This document shows, in pieces, positions 42,067 through 52,543 of a DNA stretch of 64,000 nucleotides; within the stretch, counting starts at the first letter, position 1; the number at the start of each line of letters is the position of its first letter. The notes under the pieces were generated by a model. The model had not been told where the DNA came from, ran no database searches, and saw nothing but the letters and a program-made list of their open reading frames with translations. A program made the translations under genes and the position numbers. The DNA is taken from assembly GCA_036918135.1 (NCBI GenBank), contig JBALDB010000027.1, positions 1-64,000 on the forward strand, written 5' to 3'. Source of the stretch: Nostoc sp. GTDB lineage: Bacteria > Cyanobacteriota > Cyanobacteriia > Cyanobacteriales > Nostocaceae.

Positions 42067-43224
42067 TTATTTTGTTCCCATTAGCAGTGTGACAAATGTT
42101 TTATTATGAAATTGCGTTTGACCTTTGTTAACCAAAGGAGCTATTTCACCGTAAGCGTAAAAACCACAGCAAGGCAACGCCTTTGGTAAATGAGTTTTCA
42201 CAAGCTGATACTCAAGTCTTGCCAGAGTTCCCAAAATTCGCCGTCGGGCTGCACAGGAAATAAGTAACGCTGCTGTTGGCTCCACACCTGGATAATCGGC
42301 AAGAGCATTCTTTAAGGATGCCTCAGAAGCTGACAGAATATTGTCACGAGTTGCATCGGTGATTTGCACCACAGCCTGTTCGGGAATATCAGAGAAGAAG
42401 GTAACGCTACCAGATTGTTGGTCGTAACCATTGGGTGCCCGCATATAAAAATGGTCTCGATCCTCAAAAACTGCCAAGGCATGAATCGCAAAGTTAGCCG
42501 CAAATCGTTCTTCACCGAGATAGTGCTGGTAGAAATCTAAGGCACGCTGTCCATCAATTTCATAGACTACGTTGCCATTAACTTTAGTTACACGGCTACG
42601 TTGGCTGATAGGAGTCCAACCACTAGCAACTCCGTGGGAAAATAGTAGTTGTCCAGAGAACAGCAGCACTGGCACTGAATCACTTAACACTTCACCCTGA
42701 AAAAATTGGTAGGTTTTATCAAAGGTATAGTCATCGGCAGCCATTCCCCCAACTATCGGAACATGCTCTCCCAGGCTTTGTTTTAAACCCTCTAAAATTA
42801 AGACCCCATTGCTTGTCAGACTATCAGGAAAGGTGAGGCACAATTGTGGCAGAGATGCACTTTTTGCCTTTGCTTGTTCAATCGCTTGTTGGGCTGCAAG
42901 GGCTGGATTTTTGGATGCTCCTCGTCCAATACCTGAGTTAATTTCGACTTCATCGGTAGCAAACAGCATTAAGGTTAAAGAATCTTGCTGAAACTCCAGA
43001 ATTGAGGAGATTTCTCCATTTGTAGTTCCACCAATCAACTCAATTCCAGGGAAAGTATCCTGGATGCGTTGCAAAATTAATACATGGTCAAAGTCTATAG
43101 CAGTGAATAAAAGTCCAGCCTGAGGAATTGACCCTGCAAGGGAACGGCTACATTCTTGAAGAACTTCAGCGATCGCATTTTGAGAATCAGGATCGTCACT
43201 ATGACCAACAACAACTTGAAACAC
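42067..43224 (-). CDS. FIST-domain sensor protein (NosP-like)
   Basis: IGGTTNGEI, VGGMAAD, GW.PI, EIDG..A, SCAARR, GFYAYGEI, FHN.T. Confidence 0.88.
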   Translation of the reverse strand: MFQVVVGHSDDPDSQNAIAEVLQECSRSLAGSIPQAGLLFTAIDFDHVLILQRIQDTFPGIELIGGTTNGEISSILEFQQDSLTLMLFATDEVEINSGIGRGASKNPALAAQQAIEQAKAKSASLPQLCLTFPDSLTSNGVLILEGLKQSLGEHVPIVGGMAADDYTFDKTYQFFQGEVLSDSVPVLLFSGQLLFSHGVASGWTPISQRSRVTKVNGNVVYEIDGQRALDFYQHYLGEERFAANFAIHALAVFEDRDHFYMRAPNGYDQQSGSVTFFSDIPEQAVVQITDATRDNILSASEASLKNALADYPGVEPTAALLISCAARRRILGTLARLEYQLVKTHLPKALPCCGFYAYGEIAPLVNKGQTQFHNKTFVTLLMGTK

Positions 43225-43489
43225 AACTACCTCGTTGTAAGTTTAAATACTGTATGCTAATTCAATTCGGATGTTAGCTTTCTGTACTTACAATTAGATT
43301 TCCCATTTCCTGGAACCAAATCTCAGTTCACCTGACTTTTTATCATCAAAATAAATATGCGTGGGTTGTAACTATAAAATAATATAAATAAAAACAGCGA
43401 CAAAGAGCCAAATTGTGCTTACGATTAGATTAGTTTAACTGTGGTAAGAGCGATCGCCTGATACAGGCTACTGTGAAGAATGCAGGGTT

Positions 43490-43720
43490 TCAAAGCAAGC
43501 TTTATATATGAGCCAGGGGCAGAGGAAAACAAGGGAAACCCTACCGCCAGGTAATGATAGCTTGAATGGCGATGTAATTCTTGACGCACAAGCAATTTTT
43601 CAATTGAAGAATTTTGATGAAGTAATAGTTGTGACAACAAATTTAAAACACATATCCCTGTTTAAAAATGAAGGAATTTTTGTAGCAGATTGGCAGCAAA
43701 CTATCAATAATATAGTTTAA
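43490..43720 (+). pseudogene. 3' remnant of a PIN-domain (VapC-like) nuclease gene
   Basis: SLNGDVILDAQA...VIVVTTNLKH; upstream *ARGRGKQGKP lies in a shifted frame; N-terminus missing. Confidence 0.6.
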
Positions 43721-43792
43721 TTAGTTGAAATCATCTCTTTTAAAATACGTAACTCGCATTTCTTCTATTACCAATGTCCAATATTCTATCCC

Positions 43793-44611
43793 CTATGCCC
43801 AATTTTCTTTAACAAACTCTCGAATATCTATCGCTATATCCTCAGCACAAGATTGTGGTAAGTCATTTCCGGCATGGGGAATCATTTTCAACTCAACTTT
43901 TGGAGTTAGTTGAGCATAAACTTGACTTTTGGCTAAAGCATCCAGTGTGTCTTGGCTACCTTGTAAAATTAAAACCGGAACTTCAATCGTGTAAAGCCGT
44001 TTTTGTAATAATTCCGCCTCAATTTCTGCTTGTCGGCGTTTGAAAAGTAACTGGCAAGCTATGGGGTAACGCAATAAATCTTGACGTAATTGCAATTCCT
44101 GTATAACTTTTTCATGCCAACCTAAGATTTTAGTGAAGGAAATTAGCGATCGCGACAATTTAACTATCAATGGAGGATAATTTAGTAATTGCCGCATCTT
44201 TTGGCAATACTCTTGTTGTCCTGCTATCTCTACGCCCTCAGGTGCTAGCAGTACCATACCATTAACTTTCTCTGGATACTTTAGGAGATAACTAGCAGCT
44301 ATCCAACCTCCAAGAGAATGCCCTACTAAATAGACTTTTTCTAGCTTTACAGCTTCCAAAAACTCTGCTAAACACTCGACTTGTAAATCAATCGAATGGT
44401 GGATATTAGGATTTTCCGACTCACCAAAGCCTAATAAATCAGGTGCGAAGCAATGGAAATTCTCTGCAAGGGACTCCATTATAGATAACCATTGGCTGCT
44501 ATCATTCCAAGCACCATGTAAAAAAATTATCGGAACTTCTGCACCTGCTTCACGCCAAAATAATAGCCCTTGAGAAAGCTTTCTCCGAGAGTTACGGAAT
44601 AGTGTATCCAT
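43793..44611 (-). CDS. Alpha/beta hydrolase
   Basis: FLHG, PDLLGFGES, GHSLGG. Confidence 0.9.
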   Translation of the reverse strand: MDTLFRNSRRKLSQGLLFWREAGAEVPIIFLHGAWNDSSQWLSIMESLAENFHCFAPDLLGFGESENPNIHHSIDLQVECLAEFLEAVKLEKVYLVGHSLGGWIAASYLLKYPEKVNGMVLLAPEGVEIAGQQEYCQKMRQLLNYPPLIVKLSRSLISFTKILGWHEKVIQELQLRQDLLRYPIACQLLFKRRQAEIEAELLQKRLYTIEVPVLILQGSQDTLDALAKSQVYAQLTPKVELKMIPHAGNDLPQSCAEDIAIDIREFVKENWA

Positions 44612-44891
44612 TTTAATTTAGTAGTTAACCTTTAGCACCATAATAAATAGTCATTAGTCATTGGTCATCAGTCATTTGTCGTTTCCTGTAAAGTTGAGCC
44701 ACTGCTTCCCTCTTAGGGTTCCCGCACTTCAAAGCAAGTAGCATTTGATATTCCCCAACCTCTCTACGAGATGCTTTGTGTAGCTTGCTTCTCTGTAAGA
44801 GTACACAAGAAACTTTGCGCTTTGTAATTTTTCCTTTGGAAATAACTAATCATCAATGACCAACGACCAATGCACTAATAACAAAATACTA

Positions 44892-45386
44892 TTATGCCAA
44901 TGTTGTCAACCCATTCAAGTAGTCTTGCAACTGTCGAGTATGGTCGTGAGACATCTGTCCTGGAGGTAGGAAATTGGAAGCAAAAGCTTGGATTTCCATC
45001 ACTTCTAAAGCATCTTTAACTTCCATTGTCCCATGCACTTCGGCTTCAACCACAATACAAATTGAATGAATTCTCGGATCGCGCTCTGGTGAAGAGTAAA
45101 CTCCTACTAAACGGTTAATTTTCACTAATTCTAGTCCAGTTTCCTCCATCAATTCGCGGCGGACTGTGTTGGGAACATCTTCTCCCCAATCCACAATACC
45201 TCCAGGCAATGACCAAAGACCATTGTCGCGCCGCCGGATCAGTACGATCCGACCATCGGGTAAAATCGGGATGATACTAGTGCCAGTAATGGGATGACGA
45301 AATATAATACCCAATACTGTTTGTCCAATACGCCATAAGCTACGGGTGGACTCGACAGCTGACGGAAAAAAAGCAGTAAGGTTCAA
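44892..45386 (-). CDS. NUDIX hydrolase; start uncertain
   Basis: PGG.VDWGE......RELMEETGL. Confidence 0.92.
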   Translation of the reverse strand: MNLTAFFPSAVESTRSLWRIGQTVLGIIFRHPITGTSIIPILPDGRIVLIRRRDNGLWSLPGGIVDWGEDVPNTVRRELMEETGLELVKINRLVGVYSSPERDPRIHSICIVVEAEVHGTMEVKDALEVMEIQAFASNFLPPGQMSHDHTRQLQDYLNGLTTLA

Positions 45387-45921
45387 TCTTCAAAATTTAT
45401 GTATTGTATTCTATATTTCCCTACCACTTACATAGACTCAACTAATATAGTTTCTGTTGAGTTTTGTTTTATACAAAAATGTTTGTGGTCTGAGATTTTA
45501 TTCTCACGATTTACGTAGAATACTCTCAATTCTAACATCAAGTCTCCAGAGAAGCACTGTATTTCTATATACATAATATTTGTTATCAATCATTAATTCT
45601 CTGTCCTCTCCTGTAAAGTTGAGCTACTCATTAAATAGAGCCTCCTGGCTCCTTTAGTGGTATCTGAGCAAAGTAAACCTTTGCTCATTTTTTGTGCTTT
45701 GGCAATTGTCTTTTGTCCATTATTTATTCACTAATGACCAATGAGTAATCATTTAGAACTACTATATTGTTTAATTAGACCTGTTAAACTTTTGCAGAAT
45801 AAATAATACTGGTTTTTCCAACAATAACAATTAATTAGCTAATTTACATTTAATTCAAATATTTAAAGCTTAGAAACCATATTTTTCATCTAACTGCCAA
45901 GTAGATAATTTTGAATTGTTA

Positions 45922-45951
45922 TTGACATAATCAAGTTGAATGCGGTAGACT
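45922..45951 (+). promoter_or_regulatory. Sigma70-type promoter for the small basic protein
   Basis: TTGACA-N18-TAGACT. Confidence 0.65.
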
Positions 45952-46073
45952 AGAAGACTGTTTAAAGCGTATTAATTGTTTCACTAGGCTACAAGTATAT
46001 CAATAACATTGGTAGCTGATATTGCCTACGTCATGCCTAGTTGCGATTTTTGTTGTTTATTAACGAGGTGAAC

Positions 46074-46238
46074 ATGGCTAAGCGCCGTAACCCGAAAAAA
46101 GAAAAGGCGCTACGGAACCAGGCATATGCCCGGAAGTTTCGTAAACGGACTACGACAGGAAGAATGCAGAGAAGGTTCCAACAAAGACCACCAAAGAGTG
46201 AGGAAGATGAGGGCGCAGCAGCAATAGATGCTGAGTAA
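46074..46238 (+). CDS. 54-aa highly basic small protein with acidic tail
   Basis: GAGG SD, ATG, MAKRRNPKKEKALRNQAYARKFRKR...EEDEGAAAIDAE. Confidence 0.75.
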   Translation: MAKRRNPKKEKALRNQAYARKFRKRTTTGRMQRRFQQRPPKSEEDEGAAAIDAE

Positions 46239-46322
46239 GTTGCCTGTTACAATACTTACTTTTTAAGTCTTTTAGAATTTGGGGGCGTACAAATGTACGC
46301 CCTCAATTATTTTGGGGATATA

Positions 46323-46515
46323 GGGCATGGGGTAAGCCGATAGTGTCGGAGGTGTGGGAGGTCTGGGAGGATGGGGAACAAATGCAGGTGTGGGAGGTTT
46401 TGGAGGTGTGGGAGGATGGGGAACAAATCTTTCCCCCCTCTCTTCCCACACTCCCCACACTCCTCACACTCCCCCATCTCCCCACACTCCCCACACTTCC
46501 CACACTCCCCATTTC
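46323..46515. repeat. Composite 7/9-mer repeat element (copy 2, internal duplication)
   Basis: Reverse complement of ~38000-38131 with a duplicated GGAGGATGGGGAACAAAT block. Confidence 0.8.
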
Positions 46516-47910
46516 CTACTCGCTCTCTTCGCTAACTTGAGCGCGGGCGGCTATCAGTGCTTCATCTACCTGTGCAAAGCCAGTACCACCGTAACTGTTG
46601 CGGGCAGCTACAACTTGATGGGGGGATATGGCTTGATAAATATCTGCGGCAAATGCTGGATGTAGTTGTTGCCACTCGTCCAATGTCAAATCTTTTAAAA
46701 GTTTACCTGTGGCAATACTGGTTTTTACGACTTTACCCACAAGATTGTAAGCTTCTCGGAAAGGCACACCTCGTGCGGCAAGATAATCTGCAACATCGGT
46801 AGCATTGGAAAAGTCTTCTGTCACTGCTTCGCCTAAGCGCTGAGTACGAAATTCTAAGCCTTCCTCCAGCAAAATTGTCATTGCTTGCAAACAGGCTTTG
46901 ACTGTGTTGACGCTATCAAATAGACCTTCTTTATCCTCTTGCAGGTCTTTGTTATATGCCAAGGGTAGCCCTTTCATAATCACCAGCATTGCCTGGAGAT
47001 GACCAAATACACGCCCTGTTTTTCCGCGCACCAATTCCGGGACATCAGGATTTTTCTTTTGGGGCATGATACTCGAACCGGTTGCACAGCTATCTTTGAG
47101 GGTGACAAAGCGAAATTCTTCAGATGACCAAAGAATTACTTCTTCTGCAAGTCGGCTGAGGTGAACCATAATTAAGCTAGCAGCACACAAAAATTCGATC
47201 GCAAAATCGCGATCGCTCACTCCATCGAGGCTATTAGCATAAATATTGTCAAATTTCAAGAGCTTGGCTGTGTAATGGCGGTCAATAGGGAAAGTAGTTC
47301 CGGCTAAAGCACCGCACCCCAAAGGTGAAATATTCACGCGGCGAGAAACATCATTTAGGCGTTCCCAGTCGCGTTGTGCCATTTGAAAGTATGCGAGGAG
47401 ATGGTGAGCTAAACTGAGGGGTTGGGCGCGTTGGAGGTGAGTATAGCCTGGAATTAAAGTTTCAACGTTTTTTTCAGCTATATTTAAGAGAATACCTTGG
47501 AATTCGCGCAATTGGCTTTTGATTTGTTGGATTTGGTCGCGGAGGTAAAGTCTGGTATCAGTGCCAACTTGGTCATTACGCGATCGCGCTGTATGCAGTT
47601 TTTTACCCACATCGCCGACAATTTCCGTTAATCGTCGTTCAACTGCAAAATGCACATCTTCAGCATCGACACCAGGCTGAAATTTCCCTTGGCGATACTC
47701 TTGGCGAACTTGGTCTAAACCTGCGATTAGTTGCTCGCCTTCTTCTTTTGAGATAATGCCCGTGTGAGCGAGCATTTGGGCATGAGCTTGAGAACCAGTC
47801 AAGTCATATTCTATTAATTCAATATCAAAATTTATACTGGCATTAAACCGAGCGATCGCTGGATGTAATGCTGATTCAAACCGCTGACTCCAAGTTTGTT
47901 CTTTAGTCAT
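46516..47910 (-). CDS. argH: Argininosuccinate lyase
   Basis: [31 protein letters not shown]. Confidence 0.98.
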   Translation of the reverse strand: MTKEQTWSQRFESALHPAIARFNASINFDIELIEYDLTGSQAHAQMLAHTGIISKEEGEQLIAGLDQVRQEYRQGKFQPGVDAEDVHFAVERRLTEIVGDVGKKLHTARSRNDQVGTDTRLYLRDQIQQIKSQLREFQGILLNIAEKNVETLIPGYTHLQRAQPLSLAHHLLAYFQMAQRDWERLNDVSRRVNISPLGCGALAGTTFPIDRHYTAKLLKFDNIYANSLDGVSDRDFAIEFLCAASLIMVHLSRLAEEVILWSSEEFRFVTLKDSCATGSSIMPQKKNPDVPELVRGKTGRVFGHLQAMLVIMKGLPLAYNKDLQEDKEGLFDSVNTVKACLQAMTILLEEGLEFRTQRLGEAVTEDFSNATDVADYLAARGVPFREAYNLVGKVVKTSIATGKLLKDLTLDEWQQLHPAFAADIYQAISPHQVVAARNSYGGTGFAQVDEALIAARAQVSEESE

Positions 47911-48042
47911 AGATATAAGGCAAATGAAGGAGAGTTAAGAGTTAGCAGCCTGGCCGGATATATTTGGGTTGCTGCGGTTAAGAGTGATAAATTTTTGAGT
48001 TCTAACTTCTGACTGCTAACTTTTAACTCCTAACTTTTAAAT

Positions 48043-48249
48043 TTAACCGTAGCTAGTTAGATTCCGAATGATATAGCCAATGACTAAACCGATCAACAAT
48101 GCCCACACTTGACCTGTCTGTATAAAGTGGTTCCAAGATTTTTGCATCTGACCCATCAGATCGGGATCGGTAATTGTTTGTGCTAATGCCGTGAAATTTA
48201 CAGGCAAATGCCAAAATAACTGAGATATAAAATCGCTGTAGTAGCTCAT
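48043..48249 (-). CDS. Small membrane protein
   Basis: W.HFIQTGQVWALLIG..IGY; one TM helix. Confidence 0.7.
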   Translation of the reverse strand: MSYYSDFISQLFWHLPVNFTALAQTITDPDLMGQMQKSWNHFIQTGQVWALLIGLVIGYIIRNLTSYG

Positions 48250-48354
48250 ATTTGGTGATTAACAGATTGGAGATGCCAAATTTCAGTATCAGTCTATTTA
48301 TCAAAAAATTACTGATAAATACTGAAATATTGAGTATGACCTTAATGTCTTAAC

Positions 48355-49143
48355 TCAAGATCCAGGCAATGCCAACCGCAATTTCTCGGCTGTTCGTAAA
48401 ATTTGCCCTGCCAAAACTGCTGCGCCAAAACCGTTATCGATATTTACTACACCTACTCCTGCCGCACAAGAATTTAGCATTGTCAACAGGGGTGCTAAAC
48501 CGCCAAAACTTGCGCCGTAACCGATACTGGTGGGTACGGCAATCACGGGACAATTGGCTAAACCAGCAACGACACTGGGTAAAGCGCCTTCCATCCCCGC
48601 CACCACAATCAACACCGATGCCGAATCGATGAAGTGACGATTACTTAATAAGCGGTGAATCCCTGCAACGCCGACATCCCAGAGGCGCTGTACTCGAAAA
48701 CCAGAAAGTTCAGCAGTCACAGCAGCTTCTTGGGCAACGGGTAAATCGGCAGTACCAGCAGAAAGAATGCCAATTTCACCGTGAAATTGTGGTTCGATGG
48801 TAGGAGGAGCGATCGCACAAATTCGCGCCAGTTCGTAATATCGCAAACCAGTAACTTTTGCTTGCAGTGCGTCATAAACTGCTGGTTCAATGCGGGTTGC
48901 CATTACCACTGGGTTCCGGAGGCGCATCACTTCGATAATTTGAGCAATTTGCTCCGGTGTTTTTCCAGGGCCCCAAATTACTTCTGGGAAACCAGTTCTT
49001 AACTGACGATGGTGGTCAATTTTAGCAAACTCACCCACACTTTCATAGGTTAAGTCTTTGAGAGAGTCTAAGGCTATATCTGGGGAAACTTTACCATTGG
49101 CAACCGCTTCTAAAAGCGATCGCAAATTTTTTTCATTGGTCAT
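48355..49143 (-). CDS. larB: LarB/CpmA PurE-like protein
   Basis: DHHR.LRTGFPEVI, AGTAD, DVGVAGIHRL, AGMEGAL, VVNIDNGFGA. Confidence 0.9.
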   Translation of the reverse strand: MTNEKNLRSLLEAVANGKVSPDIALDSLKDLTYESVGEFAKIDHHRQLRTGFPEVIWGPGKTPEQIAQIIEVMRLRNPVVMATRIEPAVYDALQAKVTGLRYYELARICAIAPPTIEPQFHGEIGILSAGTADLPVAQEAAVTAELSGFRVQRLWDVGVAGIHRLLSNRHFIDSASVLIVVAGMEGALPSVVAGLANCPVIAVPTSIGYGASFGGLAPLLTMLNSCAAGVGVVNIDNGFGAAVLAGQILRTAEKLRLALPGS

Positions 49144-49244
49144 TTGTGCTTTGTCCTTTGTCATTTATCATTAGTTATTAGTCATTAGTCATTTGTGCTT
49201 TGTCCTTTACAAATAACTAATGACCAATGACCAATGACTAATGA

Positions 49245-51035
49245 CTAATCAGTTACTTTCAATTCGTAGAGGTTCCAGAATGGCCCACCAAGAGCAGTAT
49301 ACCGAATACCTTGGAAGCGATCGTGTACTGCTTGTAAGTTTAATCCTTCTACCAAATGAATAAACGGCAACTGTTCTGAGGCGATGCGCTGATATTCGTA
49401 GTAAATCTCTTTGCGTTTGTTTTCATCTAATACTTGTGCGCCTTGAATATAAAGGCGATCGATTTGTTTTTCCCAATCAGAAACTTCCCAACCAATTAGC
49501 GGCGGATCTCCAGGTTGTGCGCCTTGATTAAATGCGTGAGATCCACCAGTAATTCTCCAGATATTGCTAGCACTGTGGGGTTCAATACCACCTCCAGCAA
49601 ATCCTCCAAGATAACAATCCCAATCTTGTGTAACTTTCAATTTTTCTAGATAAGAATTGAAACTAAGGATTTGCAAATCAACTTGAATACCAATTCTCGC
49701 AAGGTCTCGGCGGATTTGAGATGCCATATCTCCTCTAACTTTCCTTTCAGAATTTGTTAAGAGTGTAAATCTAACTCGGTTGCCATCAGCATCGACAAGT
49801 TGATTCTGGGCATTATATTTAAATCCAGCTTCTAACAGTATTTTTTTTGATTTTTCCGGTTGAAAGTTATATACCTTTAATCCTTTTTCTGGAGGTAGGA
49901 AGTAGGGACTTTTCACATAAACAAATGAATTTTGCAGTTCCCCTATTCCCCGGTAAGCATTTATTTTCATTGTTTCACGGTCTAGTGCATAGGCTATAGC
50001 TTGTCTAAATTCCTTTTGATTAAACCAGCGGGATTTGATTGGGTCTACCAATGGCTTACTTTGAGAATTTTTGGCTTTATTGAGATTAAAAGAAATAAAC
50101 GTTGTACTTGTATCTGGCCCGCCATTATAAATTTTAAACTTCGCTCGTTTTTCTTCTCGTTTCAGTAGACTAAAACCTTCTGGAGGAACTTCTAAATCAT
50201 CTAATTGTCCAGAGCGAAAACTAATCAATTGGTTTTCAGTGGATTCAATAATTTGTACAACAATACGCTCAATGTAAGGCTGAGGATTGCCCTGAGCATC
50301 TTTGCGCCAGTAGTATGGATTGCGCCGAAATATAACTCGCTGACTAGGAACATAACTTTCCATTACATAGGGGCCGTTGCCAACAATTTTTTTAGGATCG
50401 GTACCTGTTCCCCAGAGAGAAATAAACTTAGGATTTCCATTAGATTCAGTTGTACGAATTGCTTCTTGTAGAACATGGGCTGGCATAATTGGGATGCCAC
50501 CTACATATCTTAAAAAAGGAGAAAAAGGTTCTTGTATAGTGAATTCAACTCGACGGTCATCAATTTTTTTTACTTTTGGCAAAGTATCTTTCTCACCAAT
50601 TTTTAAAGCATCTTTAGTAGAAGTGGGAATTTTCGGATTGAGATAAATTTCGTTATAAGTAAAAACAATATCATCAGCAGTCATCGGCTCACCATCTGAC
50701 CACTTAATTCCTTCTCGCAAGGTAATTACAATCCGCTGTGCATCTTGAGAAACTTCCCAAGATTCTGCCAAACTAGGTTCTAGATTTGTAGTTATCGGAT
50801 TCTCGTTAATCAATGAGTCATAGATGAAGCCGAAAACGCTATATGCTGAATCATTCAAAGCATAATTAAAAGTTGAAGGCTCGCTCAAAATTGCGGTAAC
50901 AAGTTGTGGCACTTGAGCCGCTGCAGTTTTGAAGTTACCTGGGTTGCAGGCAGTAAGTGTCAATGCTGTTGCTAAACTCAGAATTATTGGTAACAAAAAA
51001 TGTTTAATCTTAAAAAAGATAGATGGTAATTTCAT
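49245..51035 (-). CDS. ABC substrate-binding lipoprotein, family 5 (peptide/nickel)
   Basis: LTAC lipobox, LAESW, WSDGEP.TADD, GNGPY, RNPYYW. Confidence 0.92.
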   Translation of the reverse strand: MKLPSIFFKIKHFLLPIILSLATALTLTACNPGNFKTAAAQVPQLVTAILSEPSTFNYALNDSAYSVFGFIYDSLINENPITTNLEPSLAESWEVSQDAQRIVITLREGIKWSDGEPMTADDIVFTYNEIYLNPKIPTSTKDALKIGEKDTLPKVKKIDDRRVEFTIQEPFSPFLRYVGGIPIMPAHVLQEAIRTTESNGNPKFISLWGTGTDPKKIVGNGPYVMESYVPSQRVIFRRNPYYWRKDAQGNPQPYIERIVVQIIESTENQLISFRSGQLDDLEVPPEGFSLLKREEKRAKFKIYNGGPDTSTTFISFNLNKAKNSQSKPLVDPIKSRWFNQKEFRQAIAYALDRETMKINAYRGIGELQNSFVYVKSPYFLPPEKGLKVYNFQPEKSKKILLEAGFKYNAQNQLVDADGNRVRFTLLTNSERKVRGDMASQIRRDLARIGIQVDLQILSFNSYLEKLKVTQDWDCYLGGFAGGGIEPHSASNIWRITGGSHAFNQGAQPGDPPLIGWEVSDWEKQIDRLYIQGAQVLDENKRKEIYYEYQRIASEQLPFIHLVEGLNLQAVHDRFQGIRYTALGGPFWNLYELKVTD

Positions 51036-51140
51036 AGAATTAAATCTATTATATTTCCGTTTAATTAGGGCTAATACTATCAGGGGTTAGCGAAACATAA
51101 GTTATGAAGAGATTCTGATTTTTTTGACATTATTTTATTA

Positions 51141-51620
51141 TTATTGCAATAGTAAGACTACAGCATAAGCACATATCCCTTCTTCACGGCCAACAGGGCC
51201 TAATTTTTCATTGGTGGTAGCTTTGATGCCAATTTGATTGGGTTCTAATTCTAAAATCGTCGCTAGTTTGTCGCGCATTTTAAGAATATGCGGTTTTAAT
51301 TTTGGACGTTCTGCCACTACGACAGAGTCAATATTTCCCACTTGCCAGCCTTGCTCCCGAATTAGCTGATGTACTTGAGTTAATAGTATTAAACTATCTG
51401 CTCCCGCCCATTGGGGATCGGTGGGGGGAAAATAATGACCAATATCGCCCAAGGATAATGCCCCAAGCATGGCATCCATAATCGCATGAGTGAGTACATC
51501 AGCATCACTGTGACCCAATAAACCGAGTTCATGGGGAATTTGGATTCCTCCTAAAATTAAAGCGCGATCGCTCACCAGTCGGTGAATATCGTAGCCGTTA
51601 CCAATACGAATTTTAGTCAT
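51141..51620 (-). CDS. ispF: MECDP synthase
   Basis: RIG.GYDIH, GHSDADV, KATT.E.LG..GR.EG. Confidence 0.97.
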   Translation of the reverse strand: MTKIRIGNGYDIHRLVSDRALILGGIQIPHELGLLGHSDADVLTHAIMDAMLGALSLGDIGHYFPPTDPQWAGADSLILLTQVHQLIREQGWQVGNIDSVVVAERPKLKPHILKMRDKLATILELEPNQIGIKATTNEKLGPVGREEGICAYAVVLLLQ

Positions 51621-51664
51621 TTGTTGTTAGTCATTAGTCATTAGTCATTAGTCATTGGGCAAAC

Positions 51665-51737
51665 AGGGAGTGTGGGAGGTGTGGGAGGATGGGGAAGAAA
51701 TCTTTCCCCCCCTCTCTCCCCACACTCCCCATCTCCC
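51665..51737. repeat. Composite 7/9-mer repeat element (copy 3, short)
   Basis: GTGTGGGAGGTGTGGGAGGATGGGGAAGAAATCTTTCCCC core. Confidence 0.75.
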
Positions 51738-52432
51738 TACTCCCCCCGCCCCTCTTCCCATTTTTCCAGGAGATCGGGACGGCGATCGCGTGTTCTTTGA
51801 ATTTGTTGTTCGTAACGCCAGCGATTGATAGCGGCGTGATTTCCAGATAGCAATATCTCTGGTACTTTCAATCCGCGAAAATTTGCAGGGCGAGTGTATT
51901 GAGGATAGTCTAATAAGCCCTCCTCAAAACTTTCTGCTGTTAGGGACTCGGTTTTGGCTACGGTTCCTGGTAAAAGCCGCACTACACCGTTAATTAAAGC
52001 CATTGCTGGAATTTCCCCACCAGTCAAAATAAAATCTCCTAGAGAAACTTCACGAGTCACCAAATGCAGTACCCTCTCATCTACTCCTTCGTAATGCCCA
52101 CAAATCACTACTAACTGGTCATAGTTTATTGCCAATTCTCGCAACAAAGGTTGATTGATTGTTTGACCCTGTGGACTCATTAAAATCACTTCTCTTCTAG
52201 GTAGAATCGGCAGTGACTCCACAGCATTGAAGATTGGTTCTGGTTTCATTAGCATCCCTACGCCGCCGCCATAGGGTTCATCATCTACCTTACGGTGCTT
52301 ATCAGTTGTAAAGTCTCGTGGATTAATCAGATGCACTTGGGCAATCTGTTTGGCTAAGGCTTTACTCAGCAGCCCAGAACTGAGAACAGAGTAAAAACTG
52401 TCAGGAAAAAGTGTAACTATATCAAAACGCAC
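51737..52432 (-). CDS. trmD: tRNA (guanine37-N1) methyltransferase
   Basis: VDD.PYGGG.GM, CGHYEG.DER, SLGDF.LTGGE, YPQYTRP. Confidence 0.98.
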   Translation of the reverse strand: MRFDIVTLFPDSFYSVLSSGLLSKALAKQIAQVHLINPRDFTTDKHRKVDDEPYGGGVGMLMKPEPIFNAVESLPILPRREVILMSPQGQTINQPLLRELAINYDQLVVICGHYEGVDERVLHLVTREVSLGDFILTGGEIPAMALINGVVRLLPGTVAKTESLTAESFEEGLLDYPQYTRPANFRGLKVPEILLSGNHAAINRWRYEQQIQRTRDRRPDLLEKWEEGRGE

Positions 52433-52529
52433 AGTAATTCGTATTCAAGGACACTAATCTAAAGAATGAATGTCTAGCAAACACAAGAAGCCAATGTTAG
52501 GGTCAAACTACAGTTAAACTTTATCAATA

Positions 52530-52543
52530 GTATCTAAAAGTAC
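52530..52543. promoter_or_regulatory. Putative NtcA site upstream of cphB
   Basis: GTA-TCTAAAAG-TAC = GTA-N8-TAC; cphBA is NtcA-regulated in Anabaena. Confidence 0.65.

Noticed and set aside
46459..46469. Yfr1 sRNA motif ACTCCTCACAC
   Set aside because: One-base variant of the surrounding ACTCCCCAC repeat; no Yfr1 hairpin or terminator context
46272..46665. Several overlapping small ORFs
   Set aside because: Low-complexity translations of the 9-mer repeat element
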